64,000 nucleotides of DNA from an uncultured delta proteobacterium (GCA_903901335.1 CAIUQR010000065.1:4667-68666), one strand, 5' to 3'. Shown: positions 28,323-38,293, counted from the stretch's first letter. Notes: generated from the sequence alone by a model not told the origin. Translations and numbers: made by a program.

Positions 28323-28649
28323 ATGGCAACCGACAAAGTCCAACAGGTAAGTGACGCTGAGTTTGATGTCAAAATCGGCTCTGAACAACCCTCTCTGGTC
28401 GACTTCTGGGCTCCCTGGTGTGGACCATGTAAAGCTATTGGACCGGTTGTCGAAGATCTAGCCAATGAATATGACGGAAAAGTAAGTATCTACAAGATGA
28501 ATGTTGACGACAATCCAGTTACACCTGGCAAGTTTGGTATCAGGGCGATTCCCACGCTCATCCTCTTTAAAAAAGGAGAGGTTATTGACCAGATTACCGG
28601 AGCAGTTGGAAAGACCCAGTTGGTGAGCCTCATTAACAAGGCTCTATAG
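28323..28649 (+). CDS. trxA: Thioredoxin
   Basis: 108-aa ORF with the WCGPC active site. Confidence 0.93.
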   Translation: MATDKVQQVSDAEFDVKIGSEQPSLVDFWAPWCGPCKAIGPVVEDLANEYDGKVSIYKMNVDDNPVTPGKFGIRAIPTLILFKKGEVIDQITGAVGKTQLVSLINKAL

Positions 28650-28920
28650 AAGCGTTGTCTTTTTTTCCGGCGCTGCATTCGTTTCCTGACGTTATGCGCA
28701 TGGAAGCTTCCGGAGACAACGCAAACTACAAAAATCTGCTCTTATAACCTGCTGGTCTTTTCCGGTACATCGATTGGCCCCCAACCCAATCTACCTCGAA
28801 GACAAGCAGATATCTGGCAAAAGATGCGTAACGTGTTTAAATAGCGGACAGGGTCTACACTTCGCCTTGCCGCAGAAATCATTTCCGGACAGCTATGCTG
28901 ATCCCGTCTTCGGTCTGACC

Positions 28921-29742
28921 ATGCGATTACTTACAAGAAAGCCGTACACTATGCCCCTGCAGCGCCGTTTTTCTTCAGTTCATGTCTTTTGCGCGGTCCT
29001 GCTGCTCCTCACCTTGAGCGGTTGTGCCACCATTAAGGACTTTTTTGATTTTTCAGGGAAAAAAGTTGATGTTCATCTGCCTGCGGAAAATCTCATCGCC
29101 AAAGGTCTTGATGATTTCAACGTTGGCCGGTACGACCTGGCGGAACAGTATTTCACCGAAATCCTTGATCGGCATCCCTTCAGTCCCCAGGCCATACTTG
29201 CCGAATTGAAAGCGGCCGATTGCAAATACTTCATGGAAAAATATTACGAGGCACTGCTGCTCTACAAGCAATTTGAAGAAAGGCACCCGACGAATGAGGC
29301 AATGCCGTATGTGATGTATCAAAAGGCAATGTGTAATTATAACCGCATTGATACCGTTGATCGGGACCCGGACGGGGCTGTTCAGGCAATTCAGGATTTT
29401 TCTCTATTATTACGGGCCTTCCCAGTTTCACCCTATACAGAAGAAGCCACAGCGCGAACCAAGGCAGCCAAAGAATTCCTCGTCAATCACGAATTTTTTA
29501 TCGTCAAATTCTACCTGAGAACGGAAAAATACAGCGAGGCTGAAACCCGGCTCAAGTATCTGATCGCCATGTACCCGGATGCGATTATAACACCGAAGGC
29601 CAAGGATATTCTCGAAAAGATCCAGGCAGGACATCCCCCGCATTCCGGATTCGCCGAGTGGTTCTCCGAGCTCTCCTTGCCAAGCTGGAGGGAATTCACA
29701 AGCAGAGGAGCTCTGCCGCCGGCAAAGAAAACGAAAGAGTAA
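28921..29742 (+). CDS. bamD: Outer membrane protein assembly factor BamD (TPR lipoprotein)
   Basis: The track ORF starts at 28774. The internal ATGs at 28921 or 28951 precede a lipoprotein signal (LLLLTLSGC). TPR-like repeats and the BamD pattern follow. The start is uncertain. Confidence 0.78.
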   Translation: MRLLTRKPYTMPLQRRFSSVHVFCAVLLLLTLSGCATIKDFFDFSGKKVDVHLPAENLIAKGLDDFNVGRYDLAEQYFTEILDRHPFSPQAILAELKAADCKYFMEKYYEALLLYKQFEERHPTNEAMPYVMYQKAMCNYNRIDTVDRDPDGAVQAIQDFSLLLRAFPVSPYTEEATARTKAAKEFLVNHEFFIVKFYLRTEKYSEAETRLKYLIAMYPDAIITPKAKDILEKIQAGHPPHSGFAEWFSELSLPSWREFTSRGALPPAKKTKE

Positions 29743-29748
29743 ATTCAG

Positions 29749-29785
29749 CCACGTGCCACACGGCAGAGCCGACGATGGCACGTGG
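29749..29785. terminator. Stem-loop between convergent bamD and the NIL-ferredoxin gene
   Basis: CCACGTGCCA, a 17-nt loop, then TGGCACGTGG: perfect 10-bp arms, 7 nt after the bamD stop. Confidence 0.45.
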
Positions 29786-29800
29786 TCTGAAAAATTGGGA

Positions 29801-30247
29801 TCATGCGCTCATCCCTCCGTCCGTCAAGGCCCAATTCTGACCAAGAGATACCTCCATCGCCCTGACCGGGCAGATCGTTACACACTGGCTACAGCCGGTG
29901 CATTTATCCGGATCAAAAATAACTGCCATATCCGGACGATGGAGAGCCAGGGCGCCGGACGGACAGATACCGGTACAGGCCCCGCACTGGAAACATTTCT
30001 CATCGTCACGTCGAATGCCTGCTGCCAGACGTTCGACCCGCACCCCGAACCCCTGCAGGTATTCCAGCCCCGCCTTGACATTACTTTTGCTTCCCTTCAG
30101 GCCGAGAATCATCATTCCTTCCCGATGCGGCAGGATATCCGCCTTCAGGATATTCGACTCAATATCATACTGCTTCACCAGTTGGTAAATAAAGGGTTGT
30201 TCGCTGGTATCTTTTGGAAATCTCAAAATATAAATTCGCGTATACAT
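29801..30247 (-). CDS. NIL domain fused to a 2x[4Fe-4S] ferredoxin
   Basis: 148-aa ORF with an N-terminal NIL-type domain (ILRFP....QPFIYQLVKQY) and two CxxCxxCxxxCP motifs (CFQCGACTGICP, CTGCSQCVTICP). Confidence 0.8.
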   Translation of the reverse strand: MYTRIYILRFPKDTSEQPFIYQLVKQYDIESNILKADILPHREGMMILGLKGSKSNVKAGLEYLQGFGVRVERLAAGIRRDDEKCFQCGACTGICPSGALALHRPDMAVIFDPDKCTGCSQCVTICPVRAMEVSLGQNWALTDGGMSA

Positions 30248-30308
30248 GTGTTTTCCTTTTCTTCGAAAGACAGAAGAAGCCTCTCTTCCACTGAATCTTT
30301 CAGTTGTA

Positions 30309-30899
30309 TTAATGCTCTGGTTCTACATCTTCAAGTTTCCGCAGGTTTTCCTCCAGCAGTCGGAGCAGGTCTGCCGGGGGTCGGTCGGTATCAAAGGTCA
30401 ACAACTGCCCGGGAGGAAGCTCGACTGGCATCTCAAAACGTTTTTTCTGCTGCAGATAGATCTCCCAGCGTCCATCTGAAACGGCGCGCGGGTTTTTCAA
30501 TCTCCGGTCCATACGTTTTTTCATCACGGTTTCGGAACACTGGCAGTGAACGAACACTACGCGGTGCTGTTTTCCGATCTTTTGACAAAGAAGTTGCCGC
30601 TCACTGCGTGACTGATAGGATCCATCCAGAACAACACAGGCGTACCTTTTCTGCTTGAGATCGTTTTGAGCCCTGGCAAGCACCGCATCATAGGTGCGAC
30701 GGGAGAATTCGCTGCTGTAGATTCCGGTGTCGACGGTATTGATCTGCCGACTGTCGGCGGCAAGCCCGGCCAGCTCCTTGCGGACAATATCAGAATTATG
30801 ATACGCACATCCCCACTTCTTTGCAAAAGCCGCTGCCAGATGACTCTTGCCGGTGGCTATCATCCCGAAAAAAATCAGCAGCAGTTTTTTCTCTGACAT
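30309..30899 (-). CDS. P-loop (AAA_33-like) kinase-family protein
   Basis: I prefer the ATG at 30899 (MSEKKLLLIFFGMIATGKS, Walker A), 10 nt after the upstream phosphotransferase gene. Confidence 0.7.
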   Translation of the reverse strand: MSEKKLLLIFFGMIATGKSHLAAAFAKKWGCAYHNSDIVRKELAGLAADSRQINTVDTGIYSSEFSRRTYDAVLARAQNDLKQKRYACVVLDGSYQSRSERQLLCQKIGKQHRVVFVHCQCSETVMKKRMDRRLKNPRAVSDGRWEIYLQQKKRFEMPVELPPGQLLTFDTDRPPADLLRLLEENLRKLEDVEPEH

Positions 30900-30909
30900 C
30901 TTAACATCC

Positions 30910-31923
30910 CTACATTTCAGTATATTCTTTCGCCAGTCGAAAATATTTCCCTGCCTGCGCCAGGCACCTTTCGGCTGTCTGGGGATCGACAGCAGGATCA
31001 CCGGCCGTGAAAAGACCTATTTTCCCTCGCACATAGGCTCGATAGCATTTATAGAAGTTAAGCATTTCCAGGATTCCGTCATCACCTGATGCAGCAATAA
31101 ATCGGCTAATGAAGTAGGACGACAGCTCAGCCAGGCCGTGGAAATCAAGGTCCATCGCCAAAAAGGCAATATCGGCCGCAACATCCGAATAGCGAAATCG
31201 TTCATTAAACTCAATGCAGTCAAAGATAAAAACCTTCGGGGCCAGACAGATATTTGCCGAATACAGGTCTCCATGGCAATCCCGTATCCGCTCCGCCGCC
31301 ACCCTGCGATCAAATAGTTTGCTGTCGGCCAGAACCCTCTGTGCATACCCTTTAATCTGCTCGAAGGCCGGACGGCTCAAGACGCCCTTGCCGATAAAGC
31401 CTTCCGTCTGCTCAAAATTTTCCAGCACATTGATCGACACCGCCTCGGACCTACCGAATTCTCGAATCGTCTCCCCGGCCTCGGCAGTTGTATAAAAGGG
31501 GATCAAGGTGGTGATAATCGCATCGAGATGCGCCTTGGTCAGCCCACCCGTCTGTATGATCGTCGACATCATCCGATCCTCGGGCATTCGGGCCATTTTG
31601 ATTCCGTATTCAACGATTTCTCCATCTCCCCCAAGAGAATAACGGCCATCGGCAATCGTGATGGTGACCATATCCAGATACACTTCCGGACACAGCCGAC
31701 GATTCAGAACCAATTCCCGTTCGCAATAAAATTTCCTCTTCTCCAGGGTCGAGAAATCGAGAAAGCCGAAATTTACGGGTTTTTTCAGTTTATAGACATA
31801 CTCTCCTGCAATCACCACAAAAGAGATATGGGTTTGAATCAGTCTGATCTCTTCAACAGCATGGGGATAACTGCCGTGTTGTAATAAATGCTGTATGCAG
31901 GGCGGAAAATTTTCCTGATGCAT
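30910..31923 (-). CDS. APH/choline-kinase-like phosphotransferase-family protein
   Basis: 337-aa ORF with the Brenner motif HGDLYSANI and a downstream DCIEF (DxxE/D). Its pairing with a P-loop kinase mirrors proteins annotated as bifunctional phosphotransferase/ATP-binding. Confidence 0.75.
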   Translation of the reverse strand: MHQENFPPCIQHLLQHGSYPHAVEEIRLIQTHISFVVIAGEYVYKLKKPVNFGFLDFSTLEKRKFYCERELVLNRRLCPEVYLDMVTITIADGRYSLGGDGEIVEYGIKMARMPEDRMMSTIIQTGGLTKAHLDAIITTLIPFYTTAEAGETIREFGRSEAVSINVLENFEQTEGFIGKGVLSRPAFEQIKGYAQRVLADSKLFDRRVAAERIRDCHGDLYSANICLAPKVFIFDCIEFNERFRYSDVAADIAFLAMDLDFHGLAELSSYFISRFIAASGDDGILEMLNFYKCYRAYVRGKIGLFTAGDPAVDPQTAERCLAQAGKYFRLAKEYTEM

Positions 31924-32124
31924 CGGCTGCTCCTGAATTTCTGAAAATCATTTTTCTGGATCAATCAATCGACCAGCGATCCATAGTAACAGAATCGACA
32001 CTATCAGTAAACCACCTCGAATCCCCTTTACCTTATTTTCTAATCATGGTAATGTTTGTGGTCGTTATTTCAGCGGAAATTTCAACCCGCGCCTCTCAAC
32101 ATCCCACAGATTCTTAAACTACCT

Positions 32125-32883
32125 ATGGATCAGACGAAACTCATCCAGTTACTCTCTTGCGTTAAACTCGGCCAATGCAGTGTCGAGGACGCAGTCAGCC
32201 AACTGCAATATCTCCCGTCCGAGATTGTTGTTGATGCCTGTATCGACCACCACCGTACGATCAGAACGGGAATGCCTGAGGTCATCTATGGAGAATCAAA
32301 GACGGCTGAACAGATAGCCGTGATCGCCGCCGCCATCCTGATACGCAAGACCATTCTGATTGCAACACGGATAGATAAAGGCAAGGCTGAACAGGTTCAG
32401 GCCCTCGTCCCCGGACTCCAGTATCACCCAAAGGCCCGTATTCTTACCGGCAACGTCAAAGACCCGGATATCACTGCCTGTCGTGGCACTGTCGTTGTTC
32501 TCTGCGCCGGGACATCCGATATTCCGGTTGCCGAAGAGGCAAGGATAACAGCCTTAAGTCTCGGCCATCCTGTGGAGGCCGCCTATGATATCGGTGTCGC
32601 AGGGTTGCACCGGCTTCTGGACAATCAGCCTCTGCTGAAGAAGGCCTCGGTGATTATCGTCGCCGCCGGCATGGAAGGTGCGCTCCCCAGTGTCGTCGGC
32701 GGACTGGTGAGCTGCCCGGTGATCGGGGTTCCAACATCCATCGGCTATGGCGCAAGTTTTGGTGGTCTTGCCGCCCTGCTTGGCATGTTGAACAGTTGTG
32801 CTCCCGGATTAGCGGTAGTCAATATTGACAATGGTTTCAGCGCCGGCTGTCTTGCGGCATCGATTAACCGAAAAACAGAGTGA
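32125..32883 (+). CDS. larB: LarB-type (PurE-like) nickel-pincer cofactor biosynthesis carboxylase/hydrolase
   Basis: ATG at 32125 (MDQTKLIQ). Motifs VDHHRTIRTGMPEVIYG, AGTSDIPVAEEA and AGMEGALPSVVGGLV..PVIGVPTS.GYGA are LarB hallmarks. Confidence 0.85.
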   Translation: MDQTKLIQLLSCVKLGQCSVEDAVSQLQYLPSEIVVDACIDHHRTIRTGMPEVIYGESKTAEQIAVIAAAILIRKTILIATRIDKGKAEQVQALVPGLQYHPKARILTGNVKDPDITACRGTVVVLCAGTSDIPVAEEARITALSLGHPVEAAYDIGVAGLHRLLDNQPLLKKASVIIVAAGMEGALPSVVGGLVSCPVIGVPTSIGYGASFGGLAALLGMLNSCAPGLAVVNIDNGFSAGCLAASINRKTE

Positions 32884-33035
32884 GTGGGCACTTGCCTTCT
32901 CCCCCGGTATTTTTTCGGGCCCTGAAGGATGCCTCGGATTTCCTGCAGGATCTCAATCCATCATGGCTCCCGCCCCGTTGACCTGCATTCTTTTTCATAA
33001 AATGGGTCTTTCAGGGATTAATTTCCAGCAGAACC

Positions 33036-33063
33036 TTGCAAGATTCGGGCATTGCGTTATAAT
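33036..33063 (+). promoter_or_regulatory. Candidate sigma70 promoter of secDF
   Basis: TTGCAA (33036-33041), a 16-nt spacer, then TATAAT (33058-33063), about 85 nt upstream of the secDF ATG. Confidence 0.35.
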
Positions 33064-33147
33064 CGCGAAGCTGTTGGCGTCGGTCTACTGCAATATGGCT
33101 GCAATGAGGCAACATCGATTTTTCTTAAGAAGCCACCAAGGACATTC

Positions 33148-35709
33148 ATGAATACTTCACTTAAACTCAAGCTCGGCTTAGTCGTTTTTCTTATATGCTC
33201 CTCTATTCTCACTATCATTCCGTCGTTTTACTCTGCAACGCCAAGCTGGTGGAAGAAATATATGGCACCAGGCGGATTGCATCTGGGGCTCGATCTCCAG
33301 GGCGGCATGCATCTGGTCTTGAAGGTGGATCTTGATAAAGCCGCCCAAAATTCTCTTGAGTTTGCGGCCAACGACCTGAAGGAACGTCTCTCCGAGCAGT
33401 CGATCAGCATCGTCCAGACCAAATCGGAACAGCCCGGGACGCTTATGTTCACACTGCCCAATACCAGCGCGGTAGACAAAATTAATGCCATCGTCAAAGA
33501 CGATCCTGACATTAAGGTCCGGATCGAGGCAAAAGAAGGAAGCTTCCCGCGTATTTTCCTGACCTTATCGAAAACAAAAATCGACTATATCCGGACAAAC
33601 GCGGTCAACCAGTCCCTGGAGATCCTGCGCAATAGAATTGATCAATTCGGTGTTGCCGAGCCTATTATCATCCGTCAGGGCAATGATGAAATCGTGATCC
33701 AGCTTCCCGGAGTCAAGGATCCGAAACGGGCAATGAAGCTGCTCGGCGACACCGCCCAGCTCGAATTTAAAATGGTAGCCGATTTGGAGGGAGTAAACCT
33801 TCCCGAACTTATCGGCAAGGCCATCAGCTCCGGCAAATGGCATGACGGGGAAGACACGAAAAAGCTCAACCGGGCTCTGGAAAATCTGCTGCCCAAAGAT
33901 ACCTCCATCTACTTTGAAAAGGACGTCGATAAAAAGACCAAAAAAGAGACGACCCGGCCGCTGCTTCTGCAGAACAAGGTCCTGATGACGGGAGACATGA
34001 TCAAGGATGCCCAGGTCCGGATCGGCGGCAACTTTAATGAGCCCTATGTCAGTATCGAGATGACCGGCAGGGGGGCGAGGGTATTCGGCACCCTCACCGA
34101 AAAGAACGTCGGGAAAAGGATGGCCATCGTCCTCGATGATATCGTCCGCTCCGCCCCGGTGATCCGGGAAAAGATCTTGGGCGGATCCGCCCAGATCTCC
34201 GGGAGCTTTACCCATGAAGAGGCAACCGATCTGGCCATCGTCCTGCGGGTCGGTGCCCTTCCCGCCCCTGTCGATATCATCCAGAATATGACGGTGGGCG
34301 CAAGCCTGGGACAGGACTCCATCCAGAAAGGCCTCTTGTCCGGCATACTCGGTTCTATTCTCGTAGTCGGCTTCATGTTGATATACTACCGTCTGTCAGG
34401 ACTCATTGCCAATACGGCCATGGTTCTCAATATCCTGTTTCTTTTCACCGGCCTTGCTGTTCTCAGTGCCACCCTGACCATGCCGGGTATCGCAGGCATC
34501 GTCCTTTCCATCGGCATGGCAGTGGATTCGAACGTTCTTATCTTCGAGCGGATACGGGAAGAAAATGCTCTCGGGAAGTCGATCAAATCGAGTGTTGATG
34601 GAGGTTTCAGCAAGGCCTTTCTGACCATCATTGATGCTCATGTAGCCACCCTGATAACCGCCCTGGCTCTGTTTCTGTTTGGGACAGGGCCGGTTAAAGG
34701 TTTTGCAGTTACCCTTTCCCTGGGTATAATTTTTAACATTTTCACATCCATTTATTTTTCCCACTGGATCTTCGATACCATCAACTCATTTAAGAAATTA
34801 ACAAAAATTAAGTACATGCACTTTATCGAAAAACCGAATCTCGATTATATGAAGCTGAGAAAGGTCGCCTTTGTATTTTCTGGAATACTCTGTCTTTTGG
34901 GAACATTCGCCTTTGTTCAGATTCTCTTCGGCAATGCCAACATGGGTGTCGACTTCTCGGGTGGTTCCCTTCTGCAATACAAAGCAGACAAGGCTTTTTC
35001 AATGAATGAGATACGTGCCGCCATTGACAAGAGCCATCTGGAGGGCGTTGAACTGCAGCAGGTCGAGAACGAAAATCGTCTGATGGTCAAGGTTAAAAAA
35101 TCGTCGAAGGTCGTTGCCTCAAATCTTAGCGAACAGATCACCGAGGTTCTCTCGACCCAGCTTCCCGATAAAAAATTCTCTTTGGAAAGCCAATCTGAAA
35201 TAGGCTCCTCGGTAAGCGCCGTTCTTCGAAATAAGGCGATATTGGCTATTGTCCTGTCCATGGCCGGAGTGGTTGTGTATCTCAGATTTCGTTTCAACCT
35301 CAGTTTCGGTATCGGCGCCGCCATCGCCACCTTCCATGATGTCCTTGCCGTCCTGGGTATATGCTGGATTCTGCATATTGAAATGACCCTGCTGATCGTG
35401 ACGGCCTTGCTGACCCTGGCTGGCTATTCTCTCAATGATACCGTGGTTATTTTTGATCGTATCAGGGAAAATATGAACAAGTCGGAAGCCTCTTCTATAT
35501 TTGCGGTAATCAACGACAGTGTCAATCAGGTGCTCAGCCGTTCGATCGTGACCTCGTTTGCCACCTTTCTGAGTGTCCTCGCCCTCTTCATGTTCGGCGG
35601 TTCGGTAATCCATGATTTCTCCTTTGCCCTGCTGCTCGGAATTATCATCGGGACATATTCATCAATTTTTGTCGCCAGCCCGATCGTGACGCTTTGGGAA
35701 AAAAAATAG
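33148..35709 (+). CDS. secDF: Fused protein-export membrane protein SecDF
   Basis: The track ORF starts at TTG 33052; the ATG at 33148 gives MNTSLKLKLGLVVF. The SecD periplasmic domain and 6 TM are followed, with no stop, by a SecF-like half. Confidence 0.9.
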   Translation: MNTSLKLKLGLVVFLICSSILTIIPSFYSATPSWWKKYMAPGGLHLGLDLQGGMHLVLKVDLDKAAQNSLEFAANDLKERLSEQSISIVQTKSEQPGTLMFTLPNTSAVDKINAIVKDDPDIKVRIEAKEGSFPRIFLTLSKTKIDYIRTNAVNQSLEILRNRIDQFGVAEPIIIRQGNDEIVIQLPGVKDPKRAMKLLGDTAQLEFKMVADLEGVNLPELIGKAISSGKWHDGEDTKKLNRALENLLPKDTSIYFEKDVDKKTKKETTRPLLLQNKVLMTGDMIKDAQVRIGGNFNEPYVSIEMTGRGARVFGTLTEKNVGKRMAIVLDDIVRSAPVIREKILGGSAQISGSFTHEEATDLAIVLRVGALPAPVDIIQNMTVGASLGQDSIQKGLLSGILGSILVVGFMLIYYRLSGLIANTAMVLNILFLFTGLAVLSATLTMPGIAGIVLSIGMAVDSNVLIFERIREENALGKSIKSSVDGGFSKAFLTIIDAHVATLITALALFLFGTGPVKGFAVTLSLGIIFNIFTSIYFSHWIFDTINSFKKLTKIKYMHFIEKPNLDYMKLRKVAFVFSGILCLLGTFAFVQILFGNANMGVDFSGGSLLQYKADKAFSMNEIRAAIDKSHLEGVELQQVENENRLMVKVKKSSKVVASNLSEQITEVLSTQLPDKKFSLESQSEIGSSVSAVLRNKAILAIVLSMAGVVVYLRFRFNLSFGIGAAIATFHDVLAVLGICWILHIEMTLLIVTALLTLAGYSLNDTVVIFDRIRENMNKSEASSIFAVINDSVNQVLSRSIVTSFATFLSVLALFMFGGSVIHDFSFALLLGIIIGTYSSIFVASPIVTLWEKK

Positions 35710-35730
35710 CTCAGAGAGTATGGGTATCAC

Positions 35731-36489
35731 ATGAGGACATGCACGCAACAATTACGGCTGCCAAAAAATGTTAGAAAGGTGGGAACTGAGGAGACCTTCT
35801 CTTTCCTCTGCCACCCCGGTATTCCCTGTTTCACCCATTGCTGCCGACAGCTGGAACTTGCGCTTACCCCGTACGATGTCCTGCGTTTGAAAAACGCTGC
35901 CGGACTTACTTCATCCGACTTTCTCGAACGGTATGTGATTATTGAAAGAGAAGAGCAGGACACCTTTCCCCGCCTCTACCTGACCATGGTCGATGACGGC
36001 AAGGCAAGTTGCGTCTTTGTCTCCGATCATGGCTGCACCGTCTATGCAGACCGGCCGGGCGCCTGCCGGGCATACCCGATAGGACGTGCCGCCATACTGA
36101 AAGACCAGAACACCCCTGAGGAATTTTATGTCCTTCTCGAAGAAAACCATTGTCAGGGCTTCGGTCAAGACCGGCACCAGAGCCCGAAACAGTACTGTCA
36201 GGACCAAGGCCTTTCTTCCTATAACCGCTTTAACGATGCCGTGGCAGCCATTCTCCAGCATGAAAAGATCAGACAGGGCATGATTTTGTCTGAGGAACAG
36301 ATTGAGACATACGTTCTCGCCCTTTATGATCTTGACACCTTCCGGACAAAACTGCTGACCGGTCAGATGCCCGATGTTATCTTGGACGCCCCCCGAAAAC
36401 AGTCATTGGAAGAGGATGAGGAACTGCTTTTTTTTGCTATAGACTGGCTGAGAAACTTTCTTTTTGGCCGATATTCATCAAACCGATAA
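35731..36489 (+). CDS. YkgJ-family (UPF0153) cysteine-cluster protein
   Basis: 252-aa ORF with CHPGIPCFTHCC plus a second cluster, CVFV...GCTVYADRPGACRAYP. Confidence 0.72.
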   Translation: MRTCTQQLRLPKNVRKVGTEETFSFLCHPGIPCFTHCCRQLELALTPYDVLRLKNAAGLTSSDFLERYVIIEREEQDTFPRLYLTMVDDGKASCVFVSDHGCTVYADRPGACRAYPIGRAAILKDQNTPEEFYVLLEENHCQGFGQDRHQSPKQYCQDQGLSSYNRFNDAVAAILQHEKIRQGMILSEEQIETYVLALYDLDTFRTKLLTGQMPDVILDAPRKQSLEEDEELLFFAIDWLRNFLFGRYSSNR

Positions 36490-36507
36490 TGATCTCATCC
36501 CCTGTTT

Positions 36508-37131
36508 ATGCTTAAACTTATTATCTTTGATTGCGATGGCGTCATGTTTGACTCCCGGATCGCCAATCGCGAATACTACAATCACCTGCTCGTTCACTTC
36601 GGCAGACCGATTATGGATGAAGATGAACTTACCTATGTGCATATGCATAATGTAAGAGAATCGGTCCTCTATATCTTCCGCCATTATCCCGATCAGGATT
36701 TGGCCGCAGTGGACACCTATCGCAGGAACCTGGATTACACTCCCTTTTTCCGCTTCATGCACACGGAAAAGGATTTAGTTCAATTCCTGGAATTTGCAAA
36801 GAAGAGATTTAATCTGGCGATTTCCACGAACCGCACAACCACCATGACGCCGCTGCTAAAGGAATTCAACCTCCAAGGATATTTTGGCAAGGTTATGACT
36901 GCTGAAAATGCAAGGAAGCCGAAACCGGCCCCCGATGCCCTTTTCGAAATTCTTGAACATTTTGGCTGTCAGACTGACGAGGCACTCTATATCGGAGATT
37001 CGATCATAGACAGGCAACATACCGAAGCCGCGGGCATGCGACTTATTGCCTTTAAAAACCCGACACTTCCAGCTGAATTTCATGTTTCCAGTTTTATGGA
37101 AATCTGCTCCTTGGAGCCATTCATGCAATAG
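36508..37131 (+). CDS. HAD-superfamily phosphatase
   Basis: 207-aa ORF with motif I FDCDGVMFDS, motif II ISTN and motif IV YIGDSIID. Confidence 0.85.
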   Translation: MLKLIIFDCDGVMFDSRIANREYYNHLLVHFGRPIMDEDELTYVHMHNVRESVLYIFRHYPDQDLAAVDTYRRNLDYTPFFRFMHTEKDLVQFLEFAKKRFNLAISTNRTTTMTPLLKEFNLQGYFGKVMTAENARKPKPAPDALFEILEHFGCQTDEALYIGDSIIDRQHTEAAGMRLIAFKNPTLPAEFHVSSFMEICSLEPFMQ

Positions 37132-37144
37132 ACCGACAGTACAA

Positions 37145-38293
37145 TCAGGACAAGGAGCCTTCAGACTCGTTCACCTCATCCACCCGTTTCACCCCTTCCA
37201 TCAAGAGCATCATAAAATCCCCGATCTCAGCGGCCTTCATCTCTTGAGGTGAAAGACCAACTGTAAATCGATAAACGCCTTCCTTCTCGGCGAGTATAGA
37301 AAAAATTGCATCCTGGTTGTGCTTATCGGCATAACTTGCATTGATGATACACCCTTCACGGAAAGAAACCTTGGCATTTCCTCTGGAGAGCTCGAGGGAG
37401 AGCGCCCCTGTCTTTTGATGCATATGGAATATCTGAAAAAGTTCGGCCGGGGCCATATCCTTGATTCTCCCATGCATACAGGCCTCGAATTCACGCGTGC
37501 GGACCGTATTGGACTTGGCGAGCCTTTCTGCCAGTAACTTGGCCATAAAAAGCTGTACTGAGGCGGCCTCGCCCATCAAGCGGCCGAAATCATCGCCACT
37601 GATACCAAGGACTTTGGTTTCCCTCGTGGCCCTGATGGATGATTTGGCAATTTTATTTCCGAAATAACTCATCTCGCCACAGACATCACCTTCTCGCAAG
37701 GTCGTAATCTTAACCTGATCGTCCTCGACACTCACCTCACCCGACAGGATAATATAGAGATGTTCGTTGATTTCACCTTTTATGATAAGATACGAACCGG
37801 AATAAACGACCTGTTCCTGCAGACAATCGACGAACCGCTTCAATTGAGTCTGGGGAAAGGCCTTCACCAACGGATAACCGGATATCTTGGCCATAAGTAC
37901 CTGTTGTACGGCAGTAAGCAAGGAACCCTCTTGAACACCATACTCACTTGCGTCAGAGTCGACCCGGATAAATTTGATCAAACCTGTACAGCCGCTGCAG
38001 GTAAACACCCGTGGCTTTTTTCCACCGGCGTCCTCCTTTTCCGTCTCATCAAGAAGTTCGAAAAGCAATTGGGTCATCTCCCGGACCAGGATCAAACACC
38101 CCTCTTTGTCTTTTGGAAAGGTTAACGCCTTCTCCGACAGAACAAGGTGCTCTTCAAGCCTGTACAGAGGGCAGTTATTGTCTTCAATTATTTTGAATAC
38201 GGCTTTAAACGATCCCATACAATGGCAGAGAAGAAAAGAGTTTGAAACAGGTTTCCGGAGACCTTTCCAATCCTCCAAGGAAGTTCTTTGCAC
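37145..38293 (-). CDS. Three-domain signalling protein: Cys-containing N-domain, cyclic-nucleotide-binding domain and PATAN (DUF4388) domain
   Basis: 382-aa ORF. The cNMP module has GEINEHLYIILSGEV...REGDVCGEMSYF. The C-terminal ELFQIFHMHQKTGALSL....AKVSFREG.II.A matches DUF4388. The start is uncertain (GTG 38293 or ATG 38218). Confidence 0.72.
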   Translation of the reverse strand: MQRTSLEDWKGLRKPVSNSFLLCHCMGSFKAVFKIIEDNNCPLYRLEEHLVLSEKALTFPKDKEGCLILVREMTQLLFELLDETEKEDAGGKKPRVFTCSGCTGLIKFIRVDSDASEYGVQEGSLLTAVQQVLMAKISGYPLVKAFPQTQLKRFVDCLQEQVVYSGSYLIIKGEINEHLYIILSGEVSVEDDQVKITTLREGDVCGEMSYFGNKIAKSSIRATRETKVLGISGDDFGRLMGEAASVQLFMAKLLAERLAKSNTVRTREFEACMHGRIKDMAPAELFQIFHMHQKTGALSLELSRGNAKVSFREGCIINASYADKHNQDAIFSILAEKEGVYRFTVGLSPQEMKAAEIGDFMMLLMEGVKRVDEVNESEGSLS

